Positions 24,501 through 36,999 of a stretch of DNA of 64,000 nucleotides are shown one piece after another. The notes under the pieces are model-generated. The model saw only the letters and a program-made list of their open reading frames with translations. It did no database searches and had not been told where the DNA came from. The stretch lies in contig QPGO01000315.1 of NCBI GenBank assembly GCA_008632985.1, positions 1-64,000 of the forward strand, written 5' to 3'. The position numbers and the translations under genes were made by a program. The stretch comes from Psammoneis japonica. Its lineage: Eukaryota. Positions within the stretch are counted from its first letter, which is position 1; every line of letters starts with the position of its first letter.

Positions 24501-27400
24501 AAAAGCCAAGCAAAGAGCTTCAATCAGACCAACGCTCTCAAAGGTTTTGCGTGCAGAGTGACAAGAGTCACACACACCACATGAACATTTTTGAATTTGA
24601 CATGAGCTGCACCACCAACGCATGTGTGAACACAGATCAGCCCCTGTGCTGTGCACTTGTGGCGCATCTGATCAGCTCTTGCCAGAGTGTGCTGAGATGA
24701 TGACATCAGCCAAGTCACACATGCCCCATGCACAGTGCCCACATGCACACACACACCGCCTGTGCCCCCTTGTGCCCCAAGCTCAGCAATGTTGGTCAAG
24801 CTTTGAAAAAACTGACATGCCATCTCAACACAGTGGCCAACTTGGGAACAAATGCTCCCAATGGCTTTGGGGCCAGAAGACCCCAGGTGTCAGCAACACA
24901 GTGCAGCTGCACTGTGATGGAGCACAGGAGGAGCAGTTATCAGAGTGAGGTTTGGGTTGCTCTTTTGCAAATGAGGTTGATTGGATGGCAGCTTGGGCAG
25001 CAACAACAGCTGAACTTTTCTTGTTGTGATGGAGGTCCACATGAGCCCATCCAAGCATGACGCTTGACCCCAAGCTCACAACCTGCACAATGACTTGGGT
25101 TGTGAGACAGAGCTGGCACAGTCCTTTGACTGGAGAACAGTGCAGATGGTCTTTTGACAAAAAGGCTGGAAACCCAAAGTGCAGTCAAAGGAGTTGCAGT
25201 TGCTGATGCTCTGTCAGTTGAGTTGCAAAAGGTTTTGAAAAGATGGCAAGAGGTGCCTGGACAGTCTGTGTGTGAAGCATCAGCAAGCAAATCTGGTGGT
25301 GGGTCAAGAACACAGGGCTGTTGTGTGCACATGCTGTCAAGCACTCACATGGGAGAGCTCCAGCTTTGGTGAAAAAATCTGTGACTCTTGCAGCCACAAA
25401 CATTGAGGCACAGTCTGTTCCCTTTGTGCTCTCCTCTCTTCTCTCCCCATGCCTTCAAAAATCAATTTCAAGACAATGGGTCATCCTCTGTTTCAGTTTT
25501 CAGAAAGTGGGCATTCCATGGCCTGCTTCAAAAGTCTGAAATGTTCCCACATGTGTCTTGCACACCTCACCATCTCAAAGCTCCAGAGCACACAGCAAAA
25601 ACAGCACAGCAATGATGTTTCCTGCTTGCAGCTGAATTCATTGAAGGTCCACTTTTTTGTTAAAAAGCATTGCAGCACATGGTGGCTCTACAAAAATCAA
25701 ATTCAAGATCACAATTCATTGTCTGCTCCAATTTTCAGAAATTGTTCATTCCGCGGCCTGCTGCAGGAAGTCCAAAATGTCCCCACATGTGTCTCACACA
25801 ACACTTCACCACCTCAAAGCTCCAGATCACACAGCAAAAGCAGCGCAGCAAAGTTGAAAACAACAAAATGAAGTAGAAGGAGACTGCCAAGGCAGTTCAG
25901 ACATGAAAGATTGGAGCAGCAAGGTGGACAAAGTGTGTTCCCAAATTTGATTGAGAGAGTCATGAGATCCTTTAAAAAGAGATCAGCATGGAAAGGACTC
26001 TGGCTGCAAGTGAGAAAGTTGCTGACAAAATTGAGCAATGTCAGCAGATCAAGAGAGTGCTTGCTGACAGCAAAGAGTGCTGCAGAGGCATGTTTGAGTT
26101 GTGGTCAAAAGCAAAAGGCTCAAGCAGCTGCAAACTTGATGCCCACAAAAATGAGCAAAACAGCCAAGACCTTCTTGCTCAGTTGAGAAAAGATTTTTTT
26201 GTCATCAGCCAGAGCTGTGCTGCTTCTTGCAACTTTCAGCAATGGCAGAAGGGGCAAGTGGGAGACTTTCAATTGCATCACAAGAGAGGAGATAGGTGGT
26301 GCCAGGTGACAAGTTTGTGCCCTGAGGAAGTGGCTGGCCAACATGGATTGACCCCATCTCAAAAGAAAAGGTTTGGCACAGCCGCAGGAGCTGAGACAAT
26401 CTGTGGCTTTTTTGTTGCATTGTGTGCATCAGGCACAATCTGCTCTGCTTTCTTGAAGCCTTGCTCAGCCTCAAAGGAGTTGCAGAATGAGCAGAAACTG
26501 GCAGGTCAGGTTCAAGTGGGATCTTCGGCTGAGTCTTGGCACAGCATCACCAGCATCTGATGTGTGTGTGTGTTGGGCCAAGAAACTGAGCACATTGATC
26601 TCTCAAAGTTTTCAACTCAACCCAGTCAGTGGTGGTGCATGAGGTGCATGGCAAGTGTCTTGGGGTTTGTCTCTTCTGATTTCTTGACACTTTCACATTT
26701 TTGACTCATTGCCCTCCTCTCTGAGCAAGTCTCTTGCTGCCAACATCTGCAAGAAACCACAGAGCAGCAGCACTGTCATCCCCAGCCTTGATGCGTTCAG
26801 CACAGTCATCATCAAAAGGAAAGTTCTCATTTAAGATGACCCACAACAGCTCTCTTTGGACAAGGTGGAGTGGCGGGGCTTCACCCGGCAGGTGCGCCGG
26901 CTCTGTTTTCACGCGGGGGGGGGGGGGGGGTGCGACAATGCTCTGCTCCAAAATGAGGGATGTCTTGTGTGCATCAGGAATGTTTTGAGCCACATGGAGT
27001 CAGCCACAGTTCTCTCTCTGCAGGGGCACCACTCTTGTGGGGCAGTAGGTTTTTGTTCCCTGCCTGGAGAGTGCTTGCTCAGAAGTTTCACTGCTGGAAT
27101 TGGAGCCATGGATCCCGGACAGCGGGCAAAGTGGTGGCTGGCGCAATGGAGTGGCGTGCCCCCCGCCTGCGCACAGGTGACAGCTGCCCTGATTGGCAGC
27201 AAGCTTCTCTCATCGTCACTCAAAGATGGTGTGATGGTGTTAATGCAAGGTGTTGGACATTGTAGTCTACAAAATAGAAGACCTCGGGAGCCGTCTTTTG
27301 CCGTCGTCGTCGTCATCGAATTTCTCCGATGTGTGATGCATGGGTCGCGGAATTTCCCCCCAAACGCAACGGCAGGCAGACTTTGTTCCGCCGGGACAAA
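21590..27400. repeat. TpA/CpG-depleted relic domain 2 (degenerate gene-family and repeat remnants)
   Basis: Near absence of TA; degraded tandem duplications at ~22543-22860 and 25457-25850; remnants of a TM plus Ser/Pro-stalk protein (22400-23600, -) and an ankyrin-like GTPLH motif (~27150, -). Confidence 0.85.
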
Positions 27401-27710
27401 TTGAAAATGGATGAACGAACTATGATGTTGACGCCATCAAGATCGGGAGATAACAGCGAACAAGCAAAACCCTAATAAACCAGCAGATTCAGTTCCCATG
27501 TAAAAACAATAGAGATTGGCTGACTTGCTTTCTCGACCGATTCAACATTTGCCTCGCATAAGGTCATCTTGTTCGGGCAAAGGGGCCTCTTTGTTTGGAT
27601 ACTGATGCTATTTCAACCATACCATTGCATGTATTCATCTGGGTAACTTCGAAAAGACGTTGGGGAAGAAACTGTTAGCAGTTGTTACTGTGCAGGATCA
27701 GATAAGAACA

Positions 27711-30448
27711 ATGTTTGGAATGCGCCCTAGTCAGTTGAGCCGGATTGTTCTGCATCAGCAAGGCGAGAACCCGTTGTTTTCATTCCGTAATAATAATGTG
27801 CGTTCCTGGAGGTCGTCGTCTTCATCCAGCCTTCATCCTTCTTGGAAGAGTCGTGTTGCAATGGTGGATGAAGCCCTGAATATGCTTAAGCGATTTGAGA
27901 CCCAGCCATCTGCACTAGCCGGAAGTGGCCATCAATGGATTGCAGACGAAGGAGCGACCAAATCAGTTGAGTGGAGAAGAACAAAGGAGGCAGTCTCATC
28001 GCTAGATGTGGGTATCAGGGAGAGCCCTTTGAATGAAGATTTTGGTGACTTGCTAGCGAAGGTTGTTGAACCAGCTGCTCGGCTTAGTACGGATGATACC
28101 GCACCGGGCTACATGGCTTATGTTCCGAGCGGTGGTCTCTTCCACTCTGCAGTTGCAGATTTTCTTGGAAGTGCCTTAAACAGGTACGTTACTATTCACG
28201 AGGCTGCTCCAGCCCTAGCTGCAATAGAAAACGAATGTATTGACTGGGCGTGTCGCGAGTTGGTTGGCTGGGACAACAGCAGCCAGTGCGGCGTCCAAAG
28301 TGGCGGAGTCCTGACATCAGGAGGATCTTTTGCCAATCTTGTTGCGATCCACGCGGCTCGGCAGTCCACCATTGATAGTGAGCAACTACCAAAAGCGACA
28401 CTCTATGTGTCTGAGCAAGCGCACTATTGCATCGAACAAGCTGGTCGCTTCATCGGACTTCAACCCAAGCATATCCGTAGGGTTCCCAGTAACGTGAAGA
28501 ACTTGAAGATGGACACTGACGCTCTTCGTCAAATTGTGGAACAAGACATTGCTGATGGGCTCATTCCAATTGCGATCTGCCCCACAGCTGGAACAACAAA
28601 CACTGGATCTTGTGACGACGTACAGGCATGTGCGAATATCTGTGCGGAGAATGGTGGAATCTGGTTACATGTTGACGCCGCCTACGGTGGTGCATTTAGT
28701 TTGACAAGCAAGGGACGCGAGACTGTTGGACCACTGAAGCTGGCTGATTCGGTAGGCTCTGAGTGCTACTATGCTACTTTTCCGCTGCCTACTTTAAATG
28801 TCATGCTGACTCTCCTTTTACGTTCTTGTACCGGCAGGTGGTTGTAGATCCTCACAAAGGACTCTTTATGCCATACGGTTTGGGAGCCCTGCTTCTTCGC
28901 AACGTGAACAAGCTTATGGGCGCGAACCACATGGATGGAGCATGTATGCAGCCTCGGCAGCTCGATACGACAAACACGGTCGCTGATATAATGAATCTTT
29001 CACCAGATTTGACTCGTGATTTTCGGGGATTGAGAATGTGGTTGCCCCTCAAGATGGTGGGTACTGCCACCTTTCGGAAAGAACTAGAAGAAAAGTTGGA
29101 GCTCACGACAAAGGCAACCCAAGCTATAGAGGAAAGCAATGTACCAGGATTGAGAGTAGTAGTGCAACCTGAGCTCAGCATCTTCACATTCAAGCTCGAT
29201 GCTCCAGAAGGAGTTGCGCTGTCTGGTGAAGAACTAGACAGGTTGAATATTGATTTCCTAGATGAAATCCACAAGAAGGCTAATGTTCTTCTTTCGCCCT
29301 TTCGGTCAATCACGGATACACCCGGCGAGTTCTGTATCCGCATGGCAATCCTTTCACATCGAACGGACCAGACAACGGTTGACACCGCAGTAGAAGATAT
29401 TATTGATGCTGCGAAGATTGTTCGGTCGCGCATGGCAACTGCTGCCCCGGATAAGTCCGTGAAGACTCTACCAGATCGCTCAAGTTCAATTAAGTCTGCT
29501 GCTAAAGACCCCGTGGCAGACTATCGAGAGCTCGCTGCACTTCTCATCTGGAATGATGTACTAGGATCAACCGACCAAGGTAGAAACTTCCGCATTCTTG
29601 ATGTATGTAGCGGCACAGGTCGCTGGATGCAGGCCTTCTCGGACATCGTCCTGAAGGAGCAACAATCGAATGCTTTTGCATATGAAATGGACTTTGTTGA
29701 TCTGTGCCAAGAATCTCTTGCTGTGTTGGATCAACGACGTACAAATCTTCTCGCCCGTCGTAAGATTGGTCCTGGTGAGATTCATTATGCCGATGCCTGT
29801 GATCTTCCGCCCGACCAGGTCAGTGCGTACGACCTTGTCACTAATATGCATGGGCTATATGGATTCACTGGCGTTGCAGCTAGCGACCACGACGATCGTC
29901 CTGGATCGAGCGTCCTTCAAACTGCTCTGAAGCGGATGATAAAGTCACTCAAACCTGAGGGTACTCTTGTGCTTGCGATTGCACACCGAGACTCGGAGGA
30001 GCAGCCGTCTTTCTACGACCGCATTGGACGAGAGCTTGCAGACATGGGTATCACGAACGAACCTTATATTTGTGCAGAAAATGTTATTGATGCATTTGTT
30101 TCACTTGGCATTGAGTGCAACATCAGCAAGTTGCCTGCCAGCCACAAACATCCCCATGATACGAACTGCTCATGCACTTTGCAGACCCTTGAGTATCGTG
30201 AAGACATCGCAGCAGTTGACAAGGAGGCTCTACACTGTTTTGTTTTAGAGGAATCTGGAGCAAACTCATTCCCTGCAACTTTCAATGCTGTTGATGGGTC
30301 AATTGGCGAGCACCAAGTTTCTAGCCACCTGCTCGACCTTGCCAAGAACGAGAATTATGACGAAGACACAGACAGCTACAGTTTCCAGCAGCGCATTGGA
30401 GTATTTGTGTTTCGCAACAGCGCTCACTCGACAGACATCATTCTCTGA
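27711..30448 (+). CDS. Group II PLP-dependent amino-acid decarboxylase fused to a class I SAM methyltransferase, 2 exons
   Basis: GVLTSGGSFAN, TAGTTNTGSCD, WLHVDAAYGG, VDPHKG (PLP lysine) after removing intron 28752-28837; C-terminal RILDVCSGTG, DFVD, YDLV motifs; uninterrupted frame. Confidence 0.88.
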
Positions 30449-30789
30449 ATGGCTCCTTTGCCACGACGCGTTCGTCGTGGAGCCTCATTTCAGAATGCCA
30501 AGTCTTGCTTGCCGCAAAGGCGCATGGATTTCTACTGCTACTTGTATAGTAGAAGGAAACAAGGCACTGCCACATTCTGTCCATTGGCTGTAGCAACGAA
30601 GACCTTAGGCTTGCTTTTTGCTCTTTAGCCCTATTCTCTCTACTCTAGTAGGTAGCTACTGTAAGTTCTACCACAGTAGAAATAGGGAGAGACGGATACT
30701 CGTAGTTGTACTATCCAACATTGCATGTCTTATTAAAATATGAAAACTCTTGCTGCTCTAGCTAGTAGTAGGAAAATGAATGTTCACTC

Positions 30790-32930
30790 TCTGTTGCGAC
30801 AGCGAATTCGAGATTGCAACAGCAGACAGCCAAAAACTTGATGCGTTGCAGGCGGTCCACATGAGGGTGTGATTCGAATGGACTCAGGTGTATGATGCAA
30901 CAACAGCAACAAAGGAGAGCAAGGTTCAGCCATGTGGGAGGTCGACGCATGGGTGCAAGACCAGCAAGAAGCAAACAGTCGTTATTTCCATCTCTTCCTT
31001 CATGAACAGTGGAGCATCTGGACTCCGCGGCAAGTGTTTGATGCTTGTTGCGTCAAGTGGCTTGCTGATGGCACATGTGAGTGGAGTGAACATGCAGATG
31101 AGCATGATGTCCAAAGTGCAAACTGCAGTCGTGCACACCCACAGGTGACTCTGTTGTTTCAGAACAAAAACAAGATGATTGCCTGCATTTTCTGCCATCT
31201 TGATCCGTTTCTTAAGCACTTTCAGAGCAGATGCCACAGCGGGGCTGCAGTGCAATTGGAAGACATGTCATGGGAACTTGGCTGTTGTTGCACGCAAATG
31301 AGCATGATCTGAAGAACCACAGTGGATTGTTGGGAGTCACCCATGGATGTCTTCTCCAAAAAGGCTCTTGGAGAGTCTGATTTTGCCCAGAAGTGACAAC
31401 TCAAAGAATTGCAAGAATCTTCAAATGGCAAGAAGAGAGCTTGCATAAATTCTTCTCCTCTTTGAGAAGAGCTTGTCAGACAAGTGCTCAAAGTGTGCCA
31501 CCAAAAGGGTCATGCAAAGCACTTGGAAGCCATTGAGACTTCATGGTTTGGTGCTCTCAACAAGATGGAGGTTGGCAAAGCAGCTGCTGCCACAACCAAG
31601 GAATGATTAAAAAACATCAAACTGCACCCTGTGTTTCTGAATGGACAGCTTGTGTTCATGGGCAATGTGCCAGTCATGGACATTTGGCACAGCAATGGTG
31701 AGAGGAGGATTTGGATGTGATGTTGACTGTGATGATGACCATTTGCATGACAGGGCAACAACTGTCTGCAAGAAATTTGGCAGAGGGCTGCTTTCACTGG
31801 TGTCTCATGAGGCCAACTTGCCTCAAGTTTTCTTGCTGGCTAACATCTCTGAAGTCCAGCAGGGCAGTGGCATCCTGGCATGCAATGCAAATGAGCCTGC
31901 TGAAAGTGAGCGCGCTGATCAGAGATCATGAGTTCAATTGCACTGGGCACAAGATGTGTTTGAGCACTGGTTTGTCATTTGGAGTGAATGAAAACAAGCC
32001 ATCACAAACAAATTGGATGAATGCTGGAGTCTTTCATTTTTTGCCTGAGCACCCTCAAGCCTGGCATTGTTGAGGAACTCAATGATGGCCAAGGATTGCA
32101 TGGTGTGAAGCTCCACATGTTGTGGAGCACCAAGCTGAGAAGACTCTGGAAGAGGTTGTGGAGCCAGCACCAGGCAAAGCTTCCAGTGATGCCAAGAGTG
32201 ACAGCAGTGGGTCTGGGCAACATGGCGACCCCCAAAGCCAGTGAGATTCACTGCAGTGGCAAGTTTGAGGTCAACAAGGTTTCTTTTGACTTGCTGGAGC
32301 ACTTGTGCTCTCTGCTGTGTGGGAGACAAGATTGCTGCAAAGCTGCACAGACTTGCAGACAAGCAAAATGAGAGTGACCATCATTGAATGGTGAAAAGCA
32401 GCATCTGGCTGCTCTGTTGAAGATGACATTTTGTGATGCATCATGTCGTCATCGAGAAAGAGACCCCCCAAGCAGATCTTGCCTTGGCTTGATCTTCATG
32501 CGGGGTGTGGGTTGCATGTTTGTGTTGAGTTTTTTTGTCATTCACAGACACCACAATCAAGGAAGAACCCCAAGTTGATTGCCTTGGCTTGATCCCCCCC
32601 ACTGGGTTTGGGTCACTTGCATTGTGCTGGTGCCTTCTTTGTGTTTTGTTCACAGGCACTGCCAGACCTCTGGGGCACACCACACAGTGTGTGGCTCCGA
32701 TGCTGCACAAACTTTTCACCCACAAGCACCTTGTTGCAATGAAGCAAGCCAAAAGCATGCAGCAGGCAAGAAGAAGGCTCCAAAGAAAGAGGAAGTTTGG
32801 AGTCCCAGAGCCCGCCAAGATTGTCCTGCAAAACTTCCCCTCAAGAATGCAGGCACTTGGTTTGGCACAAACCCGCTGACTGTGTCACACCACCCCGCGG
32901 TGGATGCATCTTCATTGTCTCCCTTCAACT
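30790..32930. repeat. TpA/CpG-depleted relic domain 3 (unidentified degenerate coding element)
   Basis: TA nearly absent, CA/TG excess; Cys/His-rich broken ORFs on + strand. Confidence 0.8.
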
Positions 32931-32980
32931 CTAGTTTAGCTGCCACTCTAGAGCCCCAGCTCGTAGAGCACAGCAGAGAC

Positions 32981-32984
<4 letters not shown>

Positions 32985-33034
<50 letters not shown>
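32985..33034. repeat. (AG)25 microsatellite
   Basis: Perfect AG dinucleotide run of 50 bp. Confidence 0.98.
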
Positions 33035-33035
<1 letters not shown>

Positions 33036-33153
33036 AGGTTCCGCCTCCGAGCTCCCATGCTGTGGACAGACAGACACAAACGCGCGTGAGGTGCGCGGCG
33101 AGGCGCGCCATTTCTCAGCTTGCACTTTTCTGAAGCCTCATCAAACGAAAACC

Positions 33154-35700
33154 ATGGCGGCTGCCGCCGGCAACTCTCCTGTAGTTCCGCGACCCCGCAT
33201 CCAAGAACTGCCAAAAGAAGTGGTTGATCGTATTGCTGCAGGGGAAGTGGTTCAGCGACCGTCCAGTGTGATTAAGGAGCTCTTGGAAAACTCTCTAGAT
33301 GCAGACAGGTGAGGTGCTGAAGGAATTGTATTCTTTTGCTATTTTTTTTGTAAGTTTTCTGACACCTCCCCTTATGCAATCGTGAGCAGCACAACTGTTC
33401 GGGTTCACTTGGAAAATGGAGGTCTCACGAAAATGGTTGTGTCTGACAATGGGAACGGTATTGCCAAGGCGGATATGCCGTTGGCTGCAACACGGTTTGC
33501 CACCAGCAAACTTCGAACCGTTGATGATTTACAGTCTATAGAGAGTTTTGGGTTTCGTGGGGAAGCACTCGCGAGCGTAAGTTTAGTTGCGCGATTGGGA
33601 ATTGTATCGAGAAACGGCAAACACCGAGAGCATTCAAAATGGAGTACCGCGATGGAAAGCCAAACGGGACTATGCGGCCTATTGCCGGAAAAGAGGGTAC
33701 GAGTGTGACGGTTCAAGATTTGTTTTACAACATTCCGCATCGAAAGAAAATGAAAGAACGTGATGAGTATCAGCATGTACTGCATGTTGTTCAACGGTAT
33801 GCTATACAGTATGCCTCGAGAGGGGTGGGAATGGTGTGCTCGAAAAAGACCCGTGGTTCTGATACCGTGGATCTCAACACTTCAACCCTAACCTGCGTGC
33901 AAAAATTAGCCCAACGGAGACAGAAAGGAAACGATGCCGTAATCAGTGAGAGCGATACCGACGCTACGCGACAGGTCATTGCTCACGTATTTGGGGCGCA
34001 CACGGAACAACATCTACTCCGTTTGCAGTGTGAGCAACATCTACTCCGCTACGCGAGAATGTTGATAGGGCAGACGCCAATAGCGACCAGCAGTTTCAGT
34101 TCAAGGCACAAGGCTTCATCACAAAACCGTCCTACGAACCTAATACGCGAGGGGGGTTTGAATTAATACTTTTTGTCAACGACCGTTTGGTGACATCCAC
34201 GGCATTGAAACGTTGTATCGAAGGGGTGTATACAGAATTCACCATATCGTCAAAGCCTTTTATCTATTTAAGTGTCACTGTACCCGGAAATCAAGTCGAC
34301 GTCAACGTCCATCCAACAAAGCGAGAGGTGGCCTTGTTGCATCAAGACGATCTCTTTGAGGCGTTGGCTAAGGAAATCCACAGCTTGCTTGAGAATTCGG
34401 ATCAAACCTTTGCGAAGTCCAAGTCGCTTTTGCCCAAAGGCAACAAGGAGGAGAGTGGGAAGAAGCGAGCGGCAGCTAATCCACCGTCGACACAGCCAAC
34501 CAAACGAAAAGCTCTGAATCCAGCTCGGCTGGTACGAACTACAACAGCCGCCCCAGCAGGAGCGTTGGAGCCCTTTCTTACGCCCAGGTCTAGTCAAGAG
34601 GAGGAGGGCGATGACACGGATTCTACTCCCGAATCCAACGAGAAGCAGACCGCCTCTCCTTCAGACAATGAAGTAGTGCATTTTCCCTCGTGTGAAATGT
34701 ACAACACCAAGTCACTAGACATGTCTGTTCCTGGAGCCTTTGCCATGGCGCCCATTTGTCGTTGTCAGGTGGATCAAGACAGAGTCATGATTCGGACCCG
34801 ACGAACAGTCACTTTAGTCCGACCAAAACGAGTGGTGCCAACCACGTGCAATTACAAATCTATTCATCTTTGAGGAGTCTCGTGGCAAAACGAGCCGACA
34901 AGGACCTTGCGCGAGAAATGCGAGATTCCACTCTTGTCGGTGTCATGTCAAAACGGCATTCACTGGTGCAGTGTGGTGAACAGCTATTGCTATGGAATCA
35001 TCACGACATGGCAAAAGAATTGTTTTACCAATTGGCTCTTGCACAGTTTGGTGGTATGGAGCAAGCTGTCCTTGGTGGTGGCGTGAATGTGTTGGCCGTC
35101 ATGGAGCAAGCATTGGAATTTGAAGAGCAACTTGGTTTGAACTCCGAACCCACCAGATCCTAGAAAGCTCTTGCAAGTGAGTGAAACAAACAACGAGTTG
35201 GCGCAACAGGCCACGTCGTGTCTCATGGATAATGCAGACATGCTGAATGAATACTTTTCGATTTGCTTTGAAAGAAAAGATGAAGAAGTTGTCTTGACTG
35301 GTCTACCTATTTTGCTGGAAGAGCACTCTCCTCAGCCACACGGACTCCCACTCTTTTTGATTCGTCTTGCCACCGAAGTCGACTGGACAGAAGAGAGACC
35401 GTGCTTTGAGGGTGTTTGCAGAGAGCTGGGTTCCTACTATGCCGAAATACCAGCCGCACGACATGCTGATTATATTGGCAACAGTCAGCAGGATGACACA
35501 TCGGGAAACGTTGGCATTTGCGACATTGAAGACTCTAGAAACAGGAAGCTTGTGGATCCAGAAATGGAAACCTTTGTGAAACATTCGTTGTTCCCAGCCC
35601 TTTGCTTTCTCCTTGTACCTCCAAAAGACTTCAAAAAGAACGAAACAGTATCCAAGCTCGCACTCTTATCCAGTTTGTATAAGTGTTTGAACGCTGCTGA
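33154..35700 (+). CDS. MLH1: DNA mismatch repair protein MLH1 (about 5 apparent frameshifts; probably consensus errors, possibly a pseudogene)
   Basis: [60 protein letters not shown]-terminus restores to LYKVFERC-stop with one added G; intron 33309-33389. Confidence 0.92.
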
Positions 35701-35743
35701 GAAAACCGAGTAACAGAAATCGTTAATAGCTATTCTCGAGCTG

Positions 35744-36999
35744 TTAGTTGGCCTTCCTCTTCTTGTCGCCCTCCTTGTATTGAGTCTCGTCGTCCCGATT
35801 ATGCGGTTGCCTGAGCTTGTCCTCAAAGTTAGTACCTCTGGGCACGATTGACCACCGGTTGTAATTGGGGTGCGACGAGTAATAGTGTATCTTGATGTGC
35901 TCCATTTTGACCGTATCGGCAACGCCTGGTACCTGGTAAAACTCTCGCAGATAGTTCAATATGGCAGGCGTGCTTTCGACAGAGCGTGTGTTTGTTTTGA
36001 AATAAACCCTGTACACCTCCTCGAACCTCAGGAGCGTGACAAACAGTCGAATGTCAGCCTCAGTTAAATTTGGTCCAGCAATGAAGCGTTGCTTTTGCAG
36101 TATTGAATCCACCCTATCAAAGCTGCTCGTCAACTTTTCAATTGCATCGTCATAAGCTTGTTGCGATTTGGCAAACCCGCATCTGTATACACCATTGTTC
36201 AGTGTCGAATACACCCATTCATTTACACTGTCTATTGCATCTCGTTGTGACTCCGGATATAAATCCAAATCAGGATTCTTTGCAAATTCATTAAACTCTG
36301 AGTTGAACATTCTAATGATTTCTGACGACTCATTGCTCACAATCGTTTGGCGGTGCTTGTCCCACAAAATTGGTACAGAGTAGGTTCCAAGCTTGTCTTT
36401 TGAATATTCATACAAGTCGCGTGCGTACTTGAAACCAAAGAACGGTTCCGGCCCACATTCAGGAAAGTCTGAAGGGAATGGTCCGCCCAATCCGATGCTA
36501 TTCGTTAGCTGCTCACCTTTTGAATCTCCAAATACCCATCCAGAATGCGTATCTTCTGGGTCATCAGGACGAGTGAGTTGCCAAACAGGGTGCACAACCG
36601 TAACTGGAATGATATCCTCCAATCCTTTGAGTGTTCGAACAATCAGGGTACGATGGGCCCAGGGGCATGCATAAGACACAAAGAGGTGGTATCGATCGCG
36701 TTCGGCAGGAAATGAGGCGCCCTTTTCTGAAGACAATTGTACACCGGTAAGAGAATATTTTTGTGAGACAATTTTATAGAATGTAAAACAGGTAGTGCTG
36801 CACTGCTGCTCTCCGTCTATCAACGAAATTGAAAATACCCGACAACTCCCACACATGGAAAAACTCGGTCAACGGCGAAGCGGGAAACTTTCTTCAAATG
36901 TAGAAACAACATGTGTTATAAGTGCTTACCTCGGCTAATCCAATTCCTCCAAGCGGCATCTCGCCTCTTGAACTCGCCAGACGTTGATGATGTGGACAT
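35744..36999 (-). CDS. Glutathionyl-hydroquinone reductase (Xi/omega-like GST, ECM4/YqjG family), 2 exons
   Basis: Exon 1 MSTSSTSGEFKRRDAAWRNWISR (36999-36930), intron 36929-36727, RYHLFVSYACPWAHR, SVPILWD, IVSNESSEIIRM, NNGVYRCGFA, LTEADIRLF. Confidence 0.92.

Noticed and set aside
33154..35700. MLH1 loss as the cause of the TpA hypermutation
   Set aside because: The frameshifts are unverified, and global MMR loss would not obviously confine mutations to repeat domains and one dinucleotide.
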